From Phaeosaccion multiseriatum (Eukaryota; Protista; Ochrophyta, other classes), in assembly GCA_965112735.1 (NCBI GenBank), contig OZ218954.1, positions 1,178,001-1,242,000 on the forward strand: a DNA stretch of 64,000 nucleotides, written 5' to 3'. The notes under the pieces were generated by a model, which worked only from the letters and a program-made list of their open reading frames with translations, did not search any database and was not told where the DNA came from. Of this stretch, positions 12,616 through 23,149 are shown one piece after another; positions within the stretch are counted from its first letter, which is position 1; every line of letters starts with the position of its first letter. The translations under genes were made by a program, and so were the position numbers.

Positions 12616-14268
12616 CTATAGCCTGCCAGAGAGCTGAAAGGGAGAGGAAGGGGCCCTGTTGCGTGTCAGAAGAGTCGTTTTCCTCCACCCCTCTGTATAT
12701 CCACCTCGCTCAGCCCGGTCAGTGTTATTCCTCCGCCATACTCTCCCCACACCCCACTCCGCGGAATCCTGCTCTCCTTGTTGAGGCCTGGAGAAGGCTG
12801 CTGCCGCCTCTGTGAGCCGCTGCTCAATCTCAGGGCCCAGTCCGTCCCTTCGTGCTACAGCCAAGGCCTTGTCCACAGAGGCGTCGGCCGAGAGGAGCTG
12901 CCGCGCAGTGCCGTGGCGGTCGTTGTAGATGGCGGCAAGCAAAGGGGTGAAGCCGTTAGCCCTCTGGGCGTCAATGGGGGATCCGGCGGAGAGAAGGCGA
13001 GCGACCACTGCCTCGTGGCCATTTTGCGCGGCAAGGTGGAGGGGTAAAGTGCCGGAGGTCGTTCCTGCCTCAACCCTTGCTCCCACAGAGAGAAGCCGCT
13101 CCACCACGGCTTCGTGCCCTCCTTGAGACGCAAAGTGCAGAGGAGTGAACCCCTTGATGTTATACGCCCAGGCGTCTGCTCCGGCCATCAAAAGCTTCTC
13201 CACCACAACCAATTTTCCGCTGCGCGCCGCTGCCATGAGTGGAGTCGCGCCGTCGCTGTTCCTGGCATCCACACAGGCATGCTCATCGAGAAGCTGCTGC
13301 ACAATGGAGGCATGGCCCTCCTGCGAGGATATCCCAAGTGGAGTCACGCCAGTGAAATCCGTACAGTCAATGCAGGCCCGAGCCCTGATGAGCTGCCGCA
13401 CAACGGCCCCATGCCCGTTCTGCGAAGCCTGCCTGAGCGGAGTCCTTCCCTCCGTGTTAGCTTTGTCCACGTCTGCTCCGGCTGAAATGAGCTGCTCGAC
13501 AATGGAGGAATGTCCATTCTGAGCGCTTAGGAGGAGCGGGGTGTTAGCCTTTGCATCGGCTACACTGATACTCGCACGCGCGGAGAGGAGCTGCCGCACG
13601 ATGGAGGAATGCCCTGTTTCGGAGGCGCAGCTCAGAGGCGTCGACCCGGTGAGGTTTTCCTGGTCGACACTTGCTCCGACTTGAAGCAGCCGTCTCATCA
13701 CCTGCTCATGTCCTTTGGTGCTGGCCACCGCGAGTGGCGTGTCCCCATTGGGCCCGCTGCCGCTACTGAATGACGCCCCTTCCTCCAGCAGAAGGTCCAC
13801 GACATCCAACCGACCGAAACAAGCAGCCCATAGCATGGGAGTATAGCCCTGGTTCTCAATGGGCTGCTCCAGACTCGCTTTGCCGTGTCTGGCAACGAGC
13901 CTCTTCACAAGCCCAAACAGAGATCGGAAGCTCTCGCGTCTCTCGAGGGCTTCGTAGAATCTCCGCCCCTGCTGACAGCATACGGTACAACGGGGGGGAG
14001 GAGAGACTTTGGGAGGCGCGCTACGATTCGAATTTGTCGTGCCCAACGCTGAGGCGTCCTCTCCACCTGCCGGTGCCGCTCTAATCTCGTTGTAATGGTC
14101 TCCGCTTGCCCTCCCAACACCCACACCCGCTTGATTACTCACGTTTAATTTGTGCATCTGGAAGCCTCCGCCCATCAGAGACACATGGCGAGGTACGGCT
14201 CCTCTTCCCTCGGGAGCGATGGCCTCCCGTCGCATGGTGCGCAAGAAGCCGCTCCTTCTACATTCCAT
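12616..14268 (-). CDS. Ankyrin-repeat protein (ANK-A, ~10 repeats)
   Basis: Repeated G.TPL..A...GH..vv..Ll..gA motifs. A likely in-frame 171-nt intron at 14142-13972 (AAC|GTGAGT ... TGTCAG|CAG) would put the real start at ATG 14157. Confidence 0.85.
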   Translation of the reverse strand: MECRRSGFLRTMRREAIAPEGRGAVPRHVSLMGGGFQMHKLNVSNQAGVGVGRASGDHYNEIRAAPAGGEDASALGTTNSNRSAPPKVSPPPRCTVCCQQGRRFYEALERRESFRSLFGLVKRLVARHGKASLEQPIENQGYTPMLWAACFGRLDVVDLLLEEGASFSSGSGPNGDTPLAVASTKGHEQVMRRLLQVGASVDQENLTGSTPLSCASETGHSSIVRQLLSARASISVADAKANTPLLLSAQNGHSSIVEQLISAGADVDKANTEGRTPLRQASQNGHGAVVRQLIRARACIDCTDFTGVTPLGISSQEGHASIVQQLLDEHACVDARNSDGATPLMAAARSGKLVVVEKLLMAGADAWAYNIKGFTPLHFASQGGHEAVVERLLSVGARVEAGTTSGTLPLHLAAQNGHEAVVARLLSAGSPIDAQRANGFTPLLAAIYNDRHGTARQLLSADASVDKALAVARRDGLGPEIEQRLTEAAAAFSRPQQGEQDSAEWGVGRVWRRNNTDRAERGGYTEGWRKTTLLTRNRAPSSPFQLSGRL

Positions 14269-15293
14269 AGAGAGCGAGCCCCCCTGTCCCTATGAAGTAG
14301 TCTCTCTGCCCTCTCCCTGTGCAGCAGTCTCTCCGCGACCACGGCCCTGCCTCTCATTTGGAGAGCTCAGGTGATAGTATACGAGTGGGCAATCGTTTCT
14401 AAAACTAAAAATAAAGTCCAGGTACATTGCCAAGGGCAGGGCCTAGCGCGGATGAAAGTCAAGCAGAGAATGCTATGAAAATGTGGAGAGAGAGAAGGAA
14501 GCGCTGGCAAGCGTGAACGGAAGGAGAGCCGGGAGACGACAAAAACCGAGTAAATTACTTACGGAGGAAAGATCTCCTGCTAGGAAAGAACTATCGCACG
14601 TCAACACGTGCGCACTATGACCACGTGAAGCCTATGGGCAGATAGAGCTCAGTAGCTCTATAGTCAATGTCCTATGGGCAGACAGAGCTCAGTATAAAAA
14701 ATGTCCCCCTTGAATGGAATGCTCCGAGTAGACACGGCTAAGTCAATGAATCTTCTGTAACTGTAAGACTATCACACACAGATACTGTACTCACTATGGT
14801 TTCGATGAGCGGTGCTTACCGTTTGTCTCGACACGAGCACAACCACCCAGGGCCTAACTATGGTGTGTAGCTAGTGCCATGTTCTGATTATCACAGCTCA
14901 ACTCTACTCAACCCTTCCCTTGTTCAACACTTTCCTTTTTTCTCCTTCTTCCAAAGCGCTGTAGTGTTGCGCCCGCTGGCCTAACCCAAGACTCACCCGC
15001 CCCCCCCCCTCCCCCTTCTTCACTTCCATCTGCCCGCCACAACCTTATACCAACCATCCACCAAACCTGCTGCGTTCTAACCGTAGCTACCACACGTCAC
15101 TCCTCTCCCACCACCCCCGCTCCTCTGCTTGGCTCCGTCCCAGATGATGTGGTCTTCACTCACTCCCAGACATCCGTCACTGACGCCCTAGCTACACGCA
15201 ATTCATCTGCTGCCATTGGCGGTACCTCTCTCCTGTCGTGTCATGATGTACTCTCTCAGTTAGACATCCGACTGGGTGCGGTTTCCTCTTTGG

Positions 15294-15477
15294 TCGACCC
15301 TGGACAAGGTTACAGTGTGAAATTAGTAATCAGGCCGGCTGGCGCCGGTCATAATCAGTAATCAGACCCGACTGGCGCCATAATCAGTAATCAGGCCGGC
15401 TGGCACCGGCTGTAATCAGCAATCAGGCCGGCTGCGCCGGCCGTAATCAGTAATCAGATAACCTTGTCCAGGGCCGA
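15294..15477. mobile_element. 184-bp MITE-like non-autonomous DNA element
   Basis: 19-bp terminal inverted repeats TCGACCCTGGACAAGGTTA / TAACCTTGTCCAGGGCCGA (1 mismatch). Flanking 7-bp direct repeat TCTTTGG at 15287-15293 and 15478-15484. Interior is tandem TAATCAGTAATCAGGCCGGCTGGCGCCGG-like units. Confidence 0.8.
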
Positions 15478-15562
15478 TCTTTGGGTCTCAGAGTCATCGT
15501 TGCCTCAGAGTCATCGTTGCCCCACCACCATCTGCGGCTCGGTGGCGTTGCGCACCCTTCCC

Positions 15563-16350
15563 TCATAGCTCAGCTCTTCCCCTCATTTCCTCCGCCATGC
15601 TCTCCCACGTCTCGCCCCCTACCGCCGAGGGCCTCTCCGGCGGCGGAACCTCGCTCTCCTTGCCGAACGTCTGACCAGTCCGGCGCATCAGATCCAGCGC
15701 GGTTTGGGGCCGGAACAGTGCTGCTGTTGCCTGTCTGAGTGAGAGCTGCCACATCTCGAGGCCCAAGCCAAGCCGTCGTGCCGCAGCCAAAGTCTTGTCC
15801 ACCGAGGCATCGGCCGGGAGGAGCTGCAGCGCTATGACGCTGTGTTCCCTGCAGATGGGGGCAAGCAGAGAGGTGAAGCCGTTCGATCTCTCCGCATCAA
15901 TGGGGGCCCAGTCTGCACAGCAACATGAGGGGCGTCGTACCATCCTTGTCTACGCTGGCTACTACCACTGCATCCGCTGAGAAAAGGCCTTTGGCCACGG
16001 CGTCGTACCCCTTTATAGCGGCGTGGTGAAGAGGAGTGAAACCGTGGATAAGCTTGCCTACCCCTGGCAAGTGTCCATAAAACGCAGCTAGCCGAAGCGC
16101 CCTGATTACCCCTCCAAGTCCCCATGCCCGCTTTGCGCCGCCATTTTTGGAGTGGAGTCCTTCCTTCGATGACAGCTTCGTCCATGTCCTATCATGAGTG
16201 AGCAAGGCCGGAGACGCGAAGGGACTATCCTGGTCGACAGGAGCCCCGAACTCCAGCAGCCGTCCGACAAGTAGGTGATGCCCATGTGAGCTGGGGCCAT
16301 TGCGAGCGGCGTGTTCCCGAAGTGCCCCACTGGGGTGCTGAATGAGGCCC
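15563..16350 (-). pseudogene. Degraded ankyrin paralogue of ANK-A
   Basis: PIDAERSNGFTSLL...ALQLLPADASVDKTLAAARRLGLG matches the ANK-A C-terminus (PIDAQRANGFTPLL...ARQLLSADASVDKALAVARRDGLG). Ankyrin fragments (GFTPLHHAAIKGY, DKDGTTPLML, FGNTPLAMA) are scattered over three reading frames. Confidence 0.8.
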
Positions 16351-16417
16351 CAAAGCTGCCTTCCCAACCCACCCTGCCCCAGCCTTCGTCTCACCGAACA
16401 AATGCAGGTACCAAAAC

Positions 16418-18607
16418 ATGCGCTGTACTCTGCGTCTCGGAGGACAAGCAAAGGCCAAGGGAGTTCATTTCAAGTATTGGGGTGTACCGACACCCAATGT
16501 GGTGAAGCTGGGCCCTTTTCCCTCCAACATCACTTTGGAAGCGAGGAAATGGGAGATGGAAGCTGTGGGGCGACACGTGGATGAGTGGTACGAAGAGGGC
16601 GTCAGAAAGGCGTCAGGCACTAGGGAAAAGCATCAGCTCCTCCTCCTCAAGGCCATCCTGAGCAGCGTCGATCTTAAAAAAGGGTCTCAGGGGAAAGGCT
16701 CCACTCCTCTTCACGTCTTGGCCGAGCGCTTAGCTGGCGAGGGCCAGGACGACACTATAGCTCTTGATGGACGTGGTACCCTCGGAAAGCAGGGCAGACA
16801 GGTGCGGGAAAGCGTCCACTTACTGAAGAACTGCGGTGTCGATCTCGACTCTAAACGCAAGAGCGATGGAGCTACCGCGCTGGCGCTCGCAGCTGGCAAG
16901 GGGTGTCGCGACTTGGTAGAGAGCCTCGTAGAGGCAGGCGCGGACGTGAACTTGGAGAGCAAGCACCATGGTGCGATGTTGACTCCTCTGGCCTGTGCTG
17001 CGCGGACGGGTGGCTTCGGCATCGTGAGGTACTTGCTGAAGCATGACGCGAGATGGAGGGGCAGCGAAGCCTTGCACCACGCAGCGGCTTCTGGGAGTTA
17101 CGGGAGTGTGAAGCGGCTCATCAAGGATGGGGCCGACCCGAGTGAGGTGGCCAAGGACGGTCGTACGCCGGCCCAGTGGTGCTTCCCCCTTTGGCGGGAG
17201 GAGAAGACCGAGCGAGGCCTGGAGAGGGCAAAGGCTCTGTCTTGCCTGCTGAAGAACGGCGCCGACGTGCACATACGAGAGGAGAATGATGAGTCTGTCT
17301 ACACTCTGCTGCACTCTGCGGCGGGCTTGGGTGACCATGCCTGCATCCCCGTGCTTATCAAGGCGGGACTGGAGGTCGACGTTAGGGACAACAACCACTT
17401 CACCCCGCTTCACTGGGCAAGCTTTGCGGGTCGCGTGGGCTCTGTGAAGGAGCTTATCGCCAACAACGCCTGCCTCGACGTAGCGGATGCGCGGGGCCTC
17501 ACCCCCCTCATGTTCGTTGTGATGAAAGGCCGAGAGGAGGTCGCGGTCGAGCTGATACGAGGTGGCGCTTCGGTCCTGGCCAAGGCAGATGCGTCGGTCA
17601 CGGCACTGCACTTGGCCGCGGCTTTGGGCGACATCAAGATGGCCTATCTGCTCGTGGAGGCCGGGGCCGATATGGACGCCTTGTCCGATGCGGGGCAGTC
17701 TCCTTTGGCAGTGTGCGTGTGCCCTGACGAGGATAGAGAACCCGTGCTTGCGCTTCTGTTCTTTCACATTCGCAAGACTGGGGGGATGGAGGAGAGGACA
17801 AAGGTGGCCACCTTCCTACTCAAGGTGGGTGCCTCTGTGAGCGAAGAAGTAATCCGTGCAGCCGTGAAGAGCGGAATGGGGCACGTGTTCGCCAATGTCT
17901 TCAACAAGGGCAGGGAGGAGCTTCACGCCGTCTCCGAAAGGTTCTGTGCGGCAGCGGATCACTACTCCATGATTGAAGCAGGAGAGGAGGCGAGACCGCC
18001 CGTCACTGTGCGAGTATGGCTAGTGAACAAGCGTGACTTAGAAGGAGAGGTCAGGAGGGGACGGAAGCAGTACTTGCTCAGCCTTCCTTTGGTGGAGCAG
18101 CTCATGGCCAAAGTCGCAGAGAGACGCTCAGGCACGGCCAGGAGCCAAGCCGGGTGCCCAGGGGTGGCGGCTGATGCCGCGATCAAGGTGGGCAGTGATT
18201 CTCGTCGCTCAGCTGTAGCTGCAGCAGCACCTTCCTCGACGGGCATTCTCGCCAACATGCTTCACCCAGCCTTGTTCGGCTTCAAGGGCGATGCGCTCAG
18301 CCAGCAAGGAGGCGAGAGGCTCGGGCAACGGGAGGTGGAGCTGGAGTGCGACGGCGATGACTACACGGAGGAGGGCTTCGAGGCGGTGGTCAGGTTCGTC
18401 ACCACGGGTAGCGTGGAGCAGCTGCTGACCGGACGGATGGAAGGTGGCAAAGCAGGGGAGGGCAGGAATAGGCTGTTATTTGACGCGGAGAGGGCCGTGC
18501 GAGCCCTGCAGGCCGCGGACTTTTTCTCGCTGGAGGGCATGGCGAGGGAGATCGAGGCGCTGATGGGCGAGTACGGCTTCGAGCTGCAGGAGGAGCCTGA
18601 GGCATGA
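16418..18607 (+). CDS. Ankyrin-repeat protein with C-terminal BTB/POZ-like domain (apparently intronless)
   Basis: 729-aa ORF (start could be ATG 16556) with ~8-10 ankyrin repeats (FTPLHWASFAG, LTPLMF, TALHLAA). The C-terminus EVELECDGDDYTEEGFEAVVRFVTTG...AVRALQAADFFSLEGM resembles BTB helices. Confidence 0.85.
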   Translation: MRCTLRLGGQAKAKGVHFKYWGVPTPNVVKLGPFPSNITLEARKWEMEAVGRHVDEWYEEGVRKASGTREKHQLLLLKAILSSVDLKKGSQGKGSTPLHVLAERLAGEGQDDTIALDGRGTLGKQGRQVRESVHLLKNCGVDLDSKRKSDGATALALAAGKGCRDLVESLVEAGADVNLESKHHGAMLTPLACAARTGGFGIVRYLLKHDARWRGSEALHHAAASGSYGSVKRLIKDGADPSEVAKDGRTPAQWCFPLWREEKTERGLERAKALSCLLKNGADVHIREENDESVYTLLHSAAGLGDHACIPVLIKAGLEVDVRDNNHFTPLHWASFAGRVGSVKELIANNACLDVADARGLTPLMFVVMKGREEVAVELIRGGASVLAKADASVTALHLAAALGDIKMAYLLVEAGADMDALSDAGQSPLAVCVCPDEDREPVLALLFFHIRKTGGMEERTKVATFLLKVGASVSEEVIRAAVKSGMGHVFANVFNKGREELHAVSERFCAAADHYSMIEAGEEARPPVTVRVWLVNKRDLEGEVRRGRKQYLLSLPLVEQLMAKVAERRSGTARSQAGCPGVAADAAIKVGSDSRRSAVAAAAPSSTGILANMLHPALFGFKGDALSQQGGERLGQREVELECDGDDYTEEGFEAVVRFVTTGSVEQLLTGRMEGGKAGEGRNRLLFDAERAVRALQAADFFSLEGMAREIEALMGEYGFELQEEPEA

Positions 18608-19037
18608 TGACCGACCATCACGTGGAGTGGACAGGGGCAGGAGGGACGGCTTCGCTCGGGAACATTGCACGGCCGAGCTGCTGGAGCAAGGCGAGTGGGT
18701 GGGGCGGACCACGGGGAAGCAGTAGGGGTGAAGAGTACATAGGTAATGTTGGGTTTTAGAGCCAAAGAGGGACCCGCGACTAGTAGGGTTAAAAGAGTTA
18801 GGGGGGTTCGATACTCATCTCTCATCCATCCTTCTCTCTCCATGCTCTACATGTTTTTGTTTTTAAATGGTACCATTGCTCAGAACATACTCTTGCTCTC
18901 GCTCTACGGGCATACACGTGTATCTATAGGGCCATGTCGCTTTCTGCGAAATGCCTCTCGCTCTCACAACGGTGTGTATGCTACACGGCCGTGCATGTCT
19001 TACGAAATTGCCTCGGCCTTCGAATGTAAAATGACGT

Positions 19038-19104
<67 letters not shown>

Positions 19105-19313
19105 CGCCGAGACAAGACTCGACGTTTGCCTCCTTCTCTCCTCCCACTGCACAACTGCACAGCTCTCCCAAGAGGTGGCGGCGGGTGCCCTCCTGCGGGG
19201 CGGCTCTGTATGCTTCGCTCGTCTCCTTTCTGCCTTGAGCGTATGATAACGCACCTTCTGATGATCAAATCAATGGTGCCCCACAGCACCAGCCGCGCTT
19301 CATTCCACTCCTC

Positions 19314-22300
19314 TTACTCTCTAAGCATCGCAAAAGGGCTCCCTCCCCCCCCCCCGGGGCCGCCTTGTTCCCCACTCGGTCTGCGAGGGCTCGACGCCGC
19401 CAACTGCAGAAGGGCCAGAGCTCCAACCGCTGTAGTAAGCGAGGCCAGCGGGGCCGTACCGCAGAAGCTGCTGCTGCTGCTCGAGAACAGGCAGGCATCT
19501 GCTTCCCTCGCTCTGCGCTGTGCATCGCATTGGCCTCCTCCCCTTGCTTCTCTTTCTCGTCCTCCCCCCCCCCCCCCCCCTGAAGTTGCTCCCCTTCCTC
19601 GTCCACGTCGCTCTCCTCCGCCTCCAGCTCCTCTTGCTCCTCTTGCTCCTCCTCCTCCTTCTCCTCCTCCTTGCGTCCCTCCTACCGCCCTGGCCGTGTC
19701 TCCCTGCCTCTTCCTCGCCGACCTTTTGACCTCTCTCCGCTGTGGCTGCTCGGCAGACTTTGTTGTGGCTGCGCCCTTCTGCTGTCTTCTCTGTACGCTC
19801 CCACACGCCCTCGGATCGCTGCCACCCCCCTCATCACGTCCCGACCTTGCCCCCCCTCCTCCTCCTCCTCCTCCTCGCTGCGGCAGCGACACAGACACAG
19901 ACACAGACCTCGAGGGATCAATAGGCGTCCTCGCATCCCTGGCCCGCTCGTGCACGTACCCGGCCATTGAGGGAGCCAACTCGCAAGCACGTATGCTCGG
20001 GCGGCGGCTTCGCTGAGAGGGAGTGCCCTTCTCGCCCGTCTGGCTACTGGCATACTCCCTCGCCACTAGCAAGGAGCGCTGCTTCACTCGCTCGTACGAA
20101 GAGTAAGCCGCTGCCAGGGTCGAGAGGGGCTCCGTCAAGCCCTTTGCCAAGGTTGATGCCGGGTCTGTCTTCTCGGGCGTGTGCGCGATCGCAGAAGAGA
20201 GAGGGCGGCTGCCTGTGGACTGGTGGCTGACTGTGGCGGTGGAACGGGCAGCGCTGCGCGCCGCTGGTGGCAGGGCGGCTGCCCCCCTCTCGGGAGGAAG
20301 ACGCTGCCTCTTGTTTGCCTCTGCGGCAGGAAGCTCTTGCCCCCGCTTCCTCTTCGCCTCCTCCGTCCTCCTCCTGTCAGAAGTCTGCCACTGCATCGCC
20401 CCATCCGAAGCAGCCACTTGGCGTGGCTCAGTAGCGAGACGTAAGCCTCGCTGATGGGCCTCAGGGCCTCCGGTCGTACGTACATGGCTGCCGCCGTGGC
20501 TGTATCGAGTACCAGCAGGAGTGGGAGAAGCAAGAGGAGCGTCCTGCTGAGGGGCGGCGCGGCCGCCCACCGCGATTGATGCGTTCGCCTCCCCTGCCTG
20601 CCCCGCCCTCCCCGCCTCCGCACGCCTCTCCAAAGGCGGCCAATGCTGTTGGCGCTCCGGCTCCTTCTTTCTCTCGTCCTTCTGCCCTGCTGCCGGCGGC
20701 ACCGCTACGCGATGAGTGGCAGACACGGAGGGGCACCCTGAGGTGGTGACGTTGGCTGTGGTTGTGGCTGCGGCTGCGGCTCCGGCTGTGGCTGTGGTGG
20801 CGTCCGGGAAGGGAAGAGGAGGATTGATCTCCACCTCAGGCCGCTGCTTGCGCTCTCGCGGAGCTTGCCACGGTGGCGCGGGCGTGCGTGCATCCCTCGC
20901 TCTCTCCTTGACGTACCCGGCGAGGGAGCGGCCCTCGTACTCTCCGTGGAGGGTGCTGGCCCGTGCCTGCCTGCGCGGTCGCTGCCCCTCCGCGGCGGAG
21001 GGTGTGGCTGTCAGCGTAGCAGGAGAGCGGCCCGTTGTCCCTCTCTTAGGAGGAGGCCTTTGCCTGGCGACGGCGGAGGCTTCTTCTGGGGCTCGTGGTG
21101 CTGCCAGTGTCGCTGACGAAGCTGCTTGCGCCCTTCCCTGTGCAGGAGCCAGAAGAGCTCCACCAGCGGCTTGCTGACCAGCCTTCCCTCCTCCTGCTGC
21201 TGCCGTTGCCACTGCTGTTGCTGCTGCTACTACTACTGCTGCTGTTGCTGGTGCTGGTGCGGTTGCTGCTGCTGTCACGTGTGCTGTAGTCGCCTTTTGC
21301 ACAGTGGAGAGTGAGGACTGGGTCGCCACATCGCCGCTGACACGGGCAGTGCTGCCAATCTGTAGCTGCGGGACAGCGGGAGCGCATGGAACGGTGGGGG
21401 CGGTGGGCAGAGGAGCCGGACTCCGAGTGGTCCGCTGCTCTCTTGGCGCAAGCCGATCGTTGCTGAGGTGGGCTGCTGAGGCCGCATCCTGAGAGGCGCT
21501 GCTGCTCACCCGCTCCGTTGGAGGGTAGAGCGATTGAAGTGGCGCGATAGCCACGGGGCTCTCACCATCGCTCGGTCCTGCTCCTCCTCGTCCTCCTCTT
21601 GGTTCTCGCCGCCGGCCTCCTCCCCGCCCTTGCTTCACTCCAAGCCGTGGCGGCGGCGACACAGACACAGACCTCGAGGGATCAATAGGCGTTCGCGCGT
21701 CCCTGGCCCGCTCGTGCACATACCCGGCCATTGAGGGAGCCAAGCCGTAAGCGCGCATGCTCGGGCGGCGGCTTCGCTGAGACCGACGATCGGAATCGGC
21801 GCTAGGGCCAGCTTTCGTGTCAAACAGTCGCACTCCCACTGTGCTGCTCGCCGTAGTAGTGGAGGTAGGAGGAGCAGTGGTGCTGGTGATCACCCCCAAC
21901 CGCTTCTTGTCATTGTCGCTGTTGCTGCTGAGCAAACTGCCCCCTGGCGGGTCCCGAGTCGGGGCAGCAGGCGGAGAGGGGCAGCGCCGATGGGGTGGGG
22001 TCTGAGGAAGCATTTTTCTCCCCTCTTGGACCCTGTCCTCGGCTCCTTCTGCGGTGAGAACCTTGCGCGATGTCGCTACGACTTGTGCTCGATGGTCCGG
22101 CTCCCTGGAGGCATGTTCTGCTCTCCTGTATTGGCTTCCACCTGCCCTCTTCTCCTGACACGGCGGGGCCTGCCCAAGTAGCCCGGGCCTTCTCTTCGAG
22201 AGCTTGAGCGAGTGGCCGTCATCTTCTTGCTCTGCTGGTACCCCCGTGACATTGCCTCCCCTGCTGTCCATGGTGGTCCTGTCGTCTTGTTGTGGGCGGG

Positions 22301-22946
22301 CTGCCACTGTTGCTCGTTCGCACTCTTGCGACGAGCTGACCCGAAAGAGACTGGACTGCTGCGTGAGATAGGTTGGGACCTGACTCATGCACGACGGCGG
22401 CGGAGCTGCCACGAGTCTCCGCTTCTGCTGCTTTCGAGGCTGACTCGGGTGATTTTGGCCCTCAGGTAGGCCCCCGGTCTCCACCGACCACACCTCCAGC
22501 CGGTGCTTCATGTCTGCCCAGGAGCAGCCCCAGAGGAGGTAAAGGTCCTGCAGATCTACCACATCCAGGCTGTCGACGCGCTGCTGCTCCCGTTGCGATA
22601 CGTGGCGACTTCGTATAGGCTGAATGTAGGCAGGATACCACTTGCCTGCCTCCGCTCCGAATGCTGCGCTCTTTTCCTCTCTGTCGCCCCCCCTCGCTTC
22701 TCCCCAAGGCCCCAAGCCCATCTGGTGCTCGCTGCTTTCCATTAACCACGAGCCCTTGACCAGGTACCAGCAGTGTAGGTCGGGATCCGTCGTCTGGACA
22801 TCAGACTGATGCCTCTGAAGCTCGGCCCCTGCAGGCGCTGGTTGCTCCCCCCGCGACTCACCGTTGAATTCCGAGAGAGGTGCAGAAGGCAGAGTAGCCT
22901 CCGTTCTAAGCTTCAAAGGCTCCGCGCCTCTGGCGGTCTCCGTCAT
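19314..22946 (-). CDS. Orphan, largely disordered protein (~1,200 aa) with three internal repeats
   Basis: Uninterrupted 3.7-kb ORF (first ATG 22946; the track starts at TTG 23078). Repeats of LAPSMAGYVHERARDARTPIDPSRSVSVS and a Trp-rich N-terminal segment. Confidence 0.55.
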   Translation of the reverse strand: MTETARGAEPLKLRTEATLPSAPLSEFNGESRGEQPAPAGAELQRHQSDVQTTDPDLHCWYLVKGSWLMESSEHQMGLGPWGEARGGDREEKSAAFGAEAGKWYPAYIQPIRSRHVSQREQQRVDSLDVVDLQDLYLLWGCSWADMKHRLEVWSVETGGLPEGQNHPSQPRKQQKRRLVAAPPPSCMSQVPTYLTQQSSLFRVSSSQECERATVAARPQQDDRTTMDSRGGNVTGVPAEQEDDGHSLKLSKRRPGLLGQAPPCQEKRAGGSQYRRAEHASREPDHRAQVVATSRKVLTAEGAEDRVQEGRKMLPQTPPHRRCPSPPAAPTRDPPGGSLLSSNSDNDKKRLGVITSTTAPPTSTTTASSTVGVRLFDTKAGPSADSDRRSQRSRRPSMRAYGLAPSMAGYVHERARDARTPIDPSRSVSVSPPPRLGVKQGRGGGRRREPRGGRGGAGPSDGESPVAIAPLQSLYPPTERVSSSASQDAASAAHLSNDRLAPREQRTTRSPAPLPTAPTVPCAPAVPQLQIGSTARVSGDVATQSSLSTVQKATTAHVTAAATAPAPATAAVVVAAATAVATAAAGGGKAGQQAAGGALLAPAQGRAQAASSATLAAPRAPEEASAVARQRPPPKRGTTGRSPATLTATPSAAEGQRPRRQARASTLHGEYEGRSLAGYVKERARDARTPAPPWQAPRERKQRPEVEINPPLPFPDATTATAGAAAAATTTANVTTSGCPSVSATHRVAVPPAAGQKDERKKEPERQQHWPPLERRAEAGRAGQAGEANASIAVGGRAAPQQDAPLASPTPAGTRYSHGGSHVRTTGGPEAHQRGLRLATEPRQVAASDGAMQWQTSDRRRTEEAKRKRGQELPAAEANKRQRLPPERGAAALPPAARSAARSTATVSHQSTGSRPLSSAIAHTPEKTDPASTLAKGLTEPLSTLAAAYSSYERVKQRSLLVAREYASSQTGEKGTPSQRSRRPSIRACELAPSMAGYVHERARDARTPIDPSRSVSVSVSLPQRGGGGGGGGARSGRDEGGGSDPRACGSVQRRQQKGAATTKSAEQPQRREVKRSARKRQGDTARAVGGTQGGGEGGGGARGARGAGGGGERRGRGRGATSGGGGGGGREREARGGGQCDAQRRAREADACLFSSSSSSFCGTAPLASLTTAVGALALLQLAASSPRRPSGEQGGPGGGGGSPFAMLRE

Positions 22947-23149
22947 CCGACCCCTTCCCACCGTTGCTGCTACTTCTCTGCCCTGCTGTTGCTTCTTCGT
23001 AGAAGAAAAAAGAGGGGCCAGCGGGGGAGCTAGTTTAGCTTCTCCTTTCCCCGCCCCCCTCGTCACATGGCTTGCCAAAGCAGCGCTCCTTCGACTCTGC
23101 CGTTCCCTTCCACTCTGAAAGTGCCTACAGTGCTATCCAGGGGCAGAGA

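Noticed and set aside
15320-15460. CRISPR-like repeat array (also the minisatellites at 1520-1750 and 4496-4732)
   Set aside because: There are no unique spacers or cas genes and the context is eukaryotic; these are simple tandem units.
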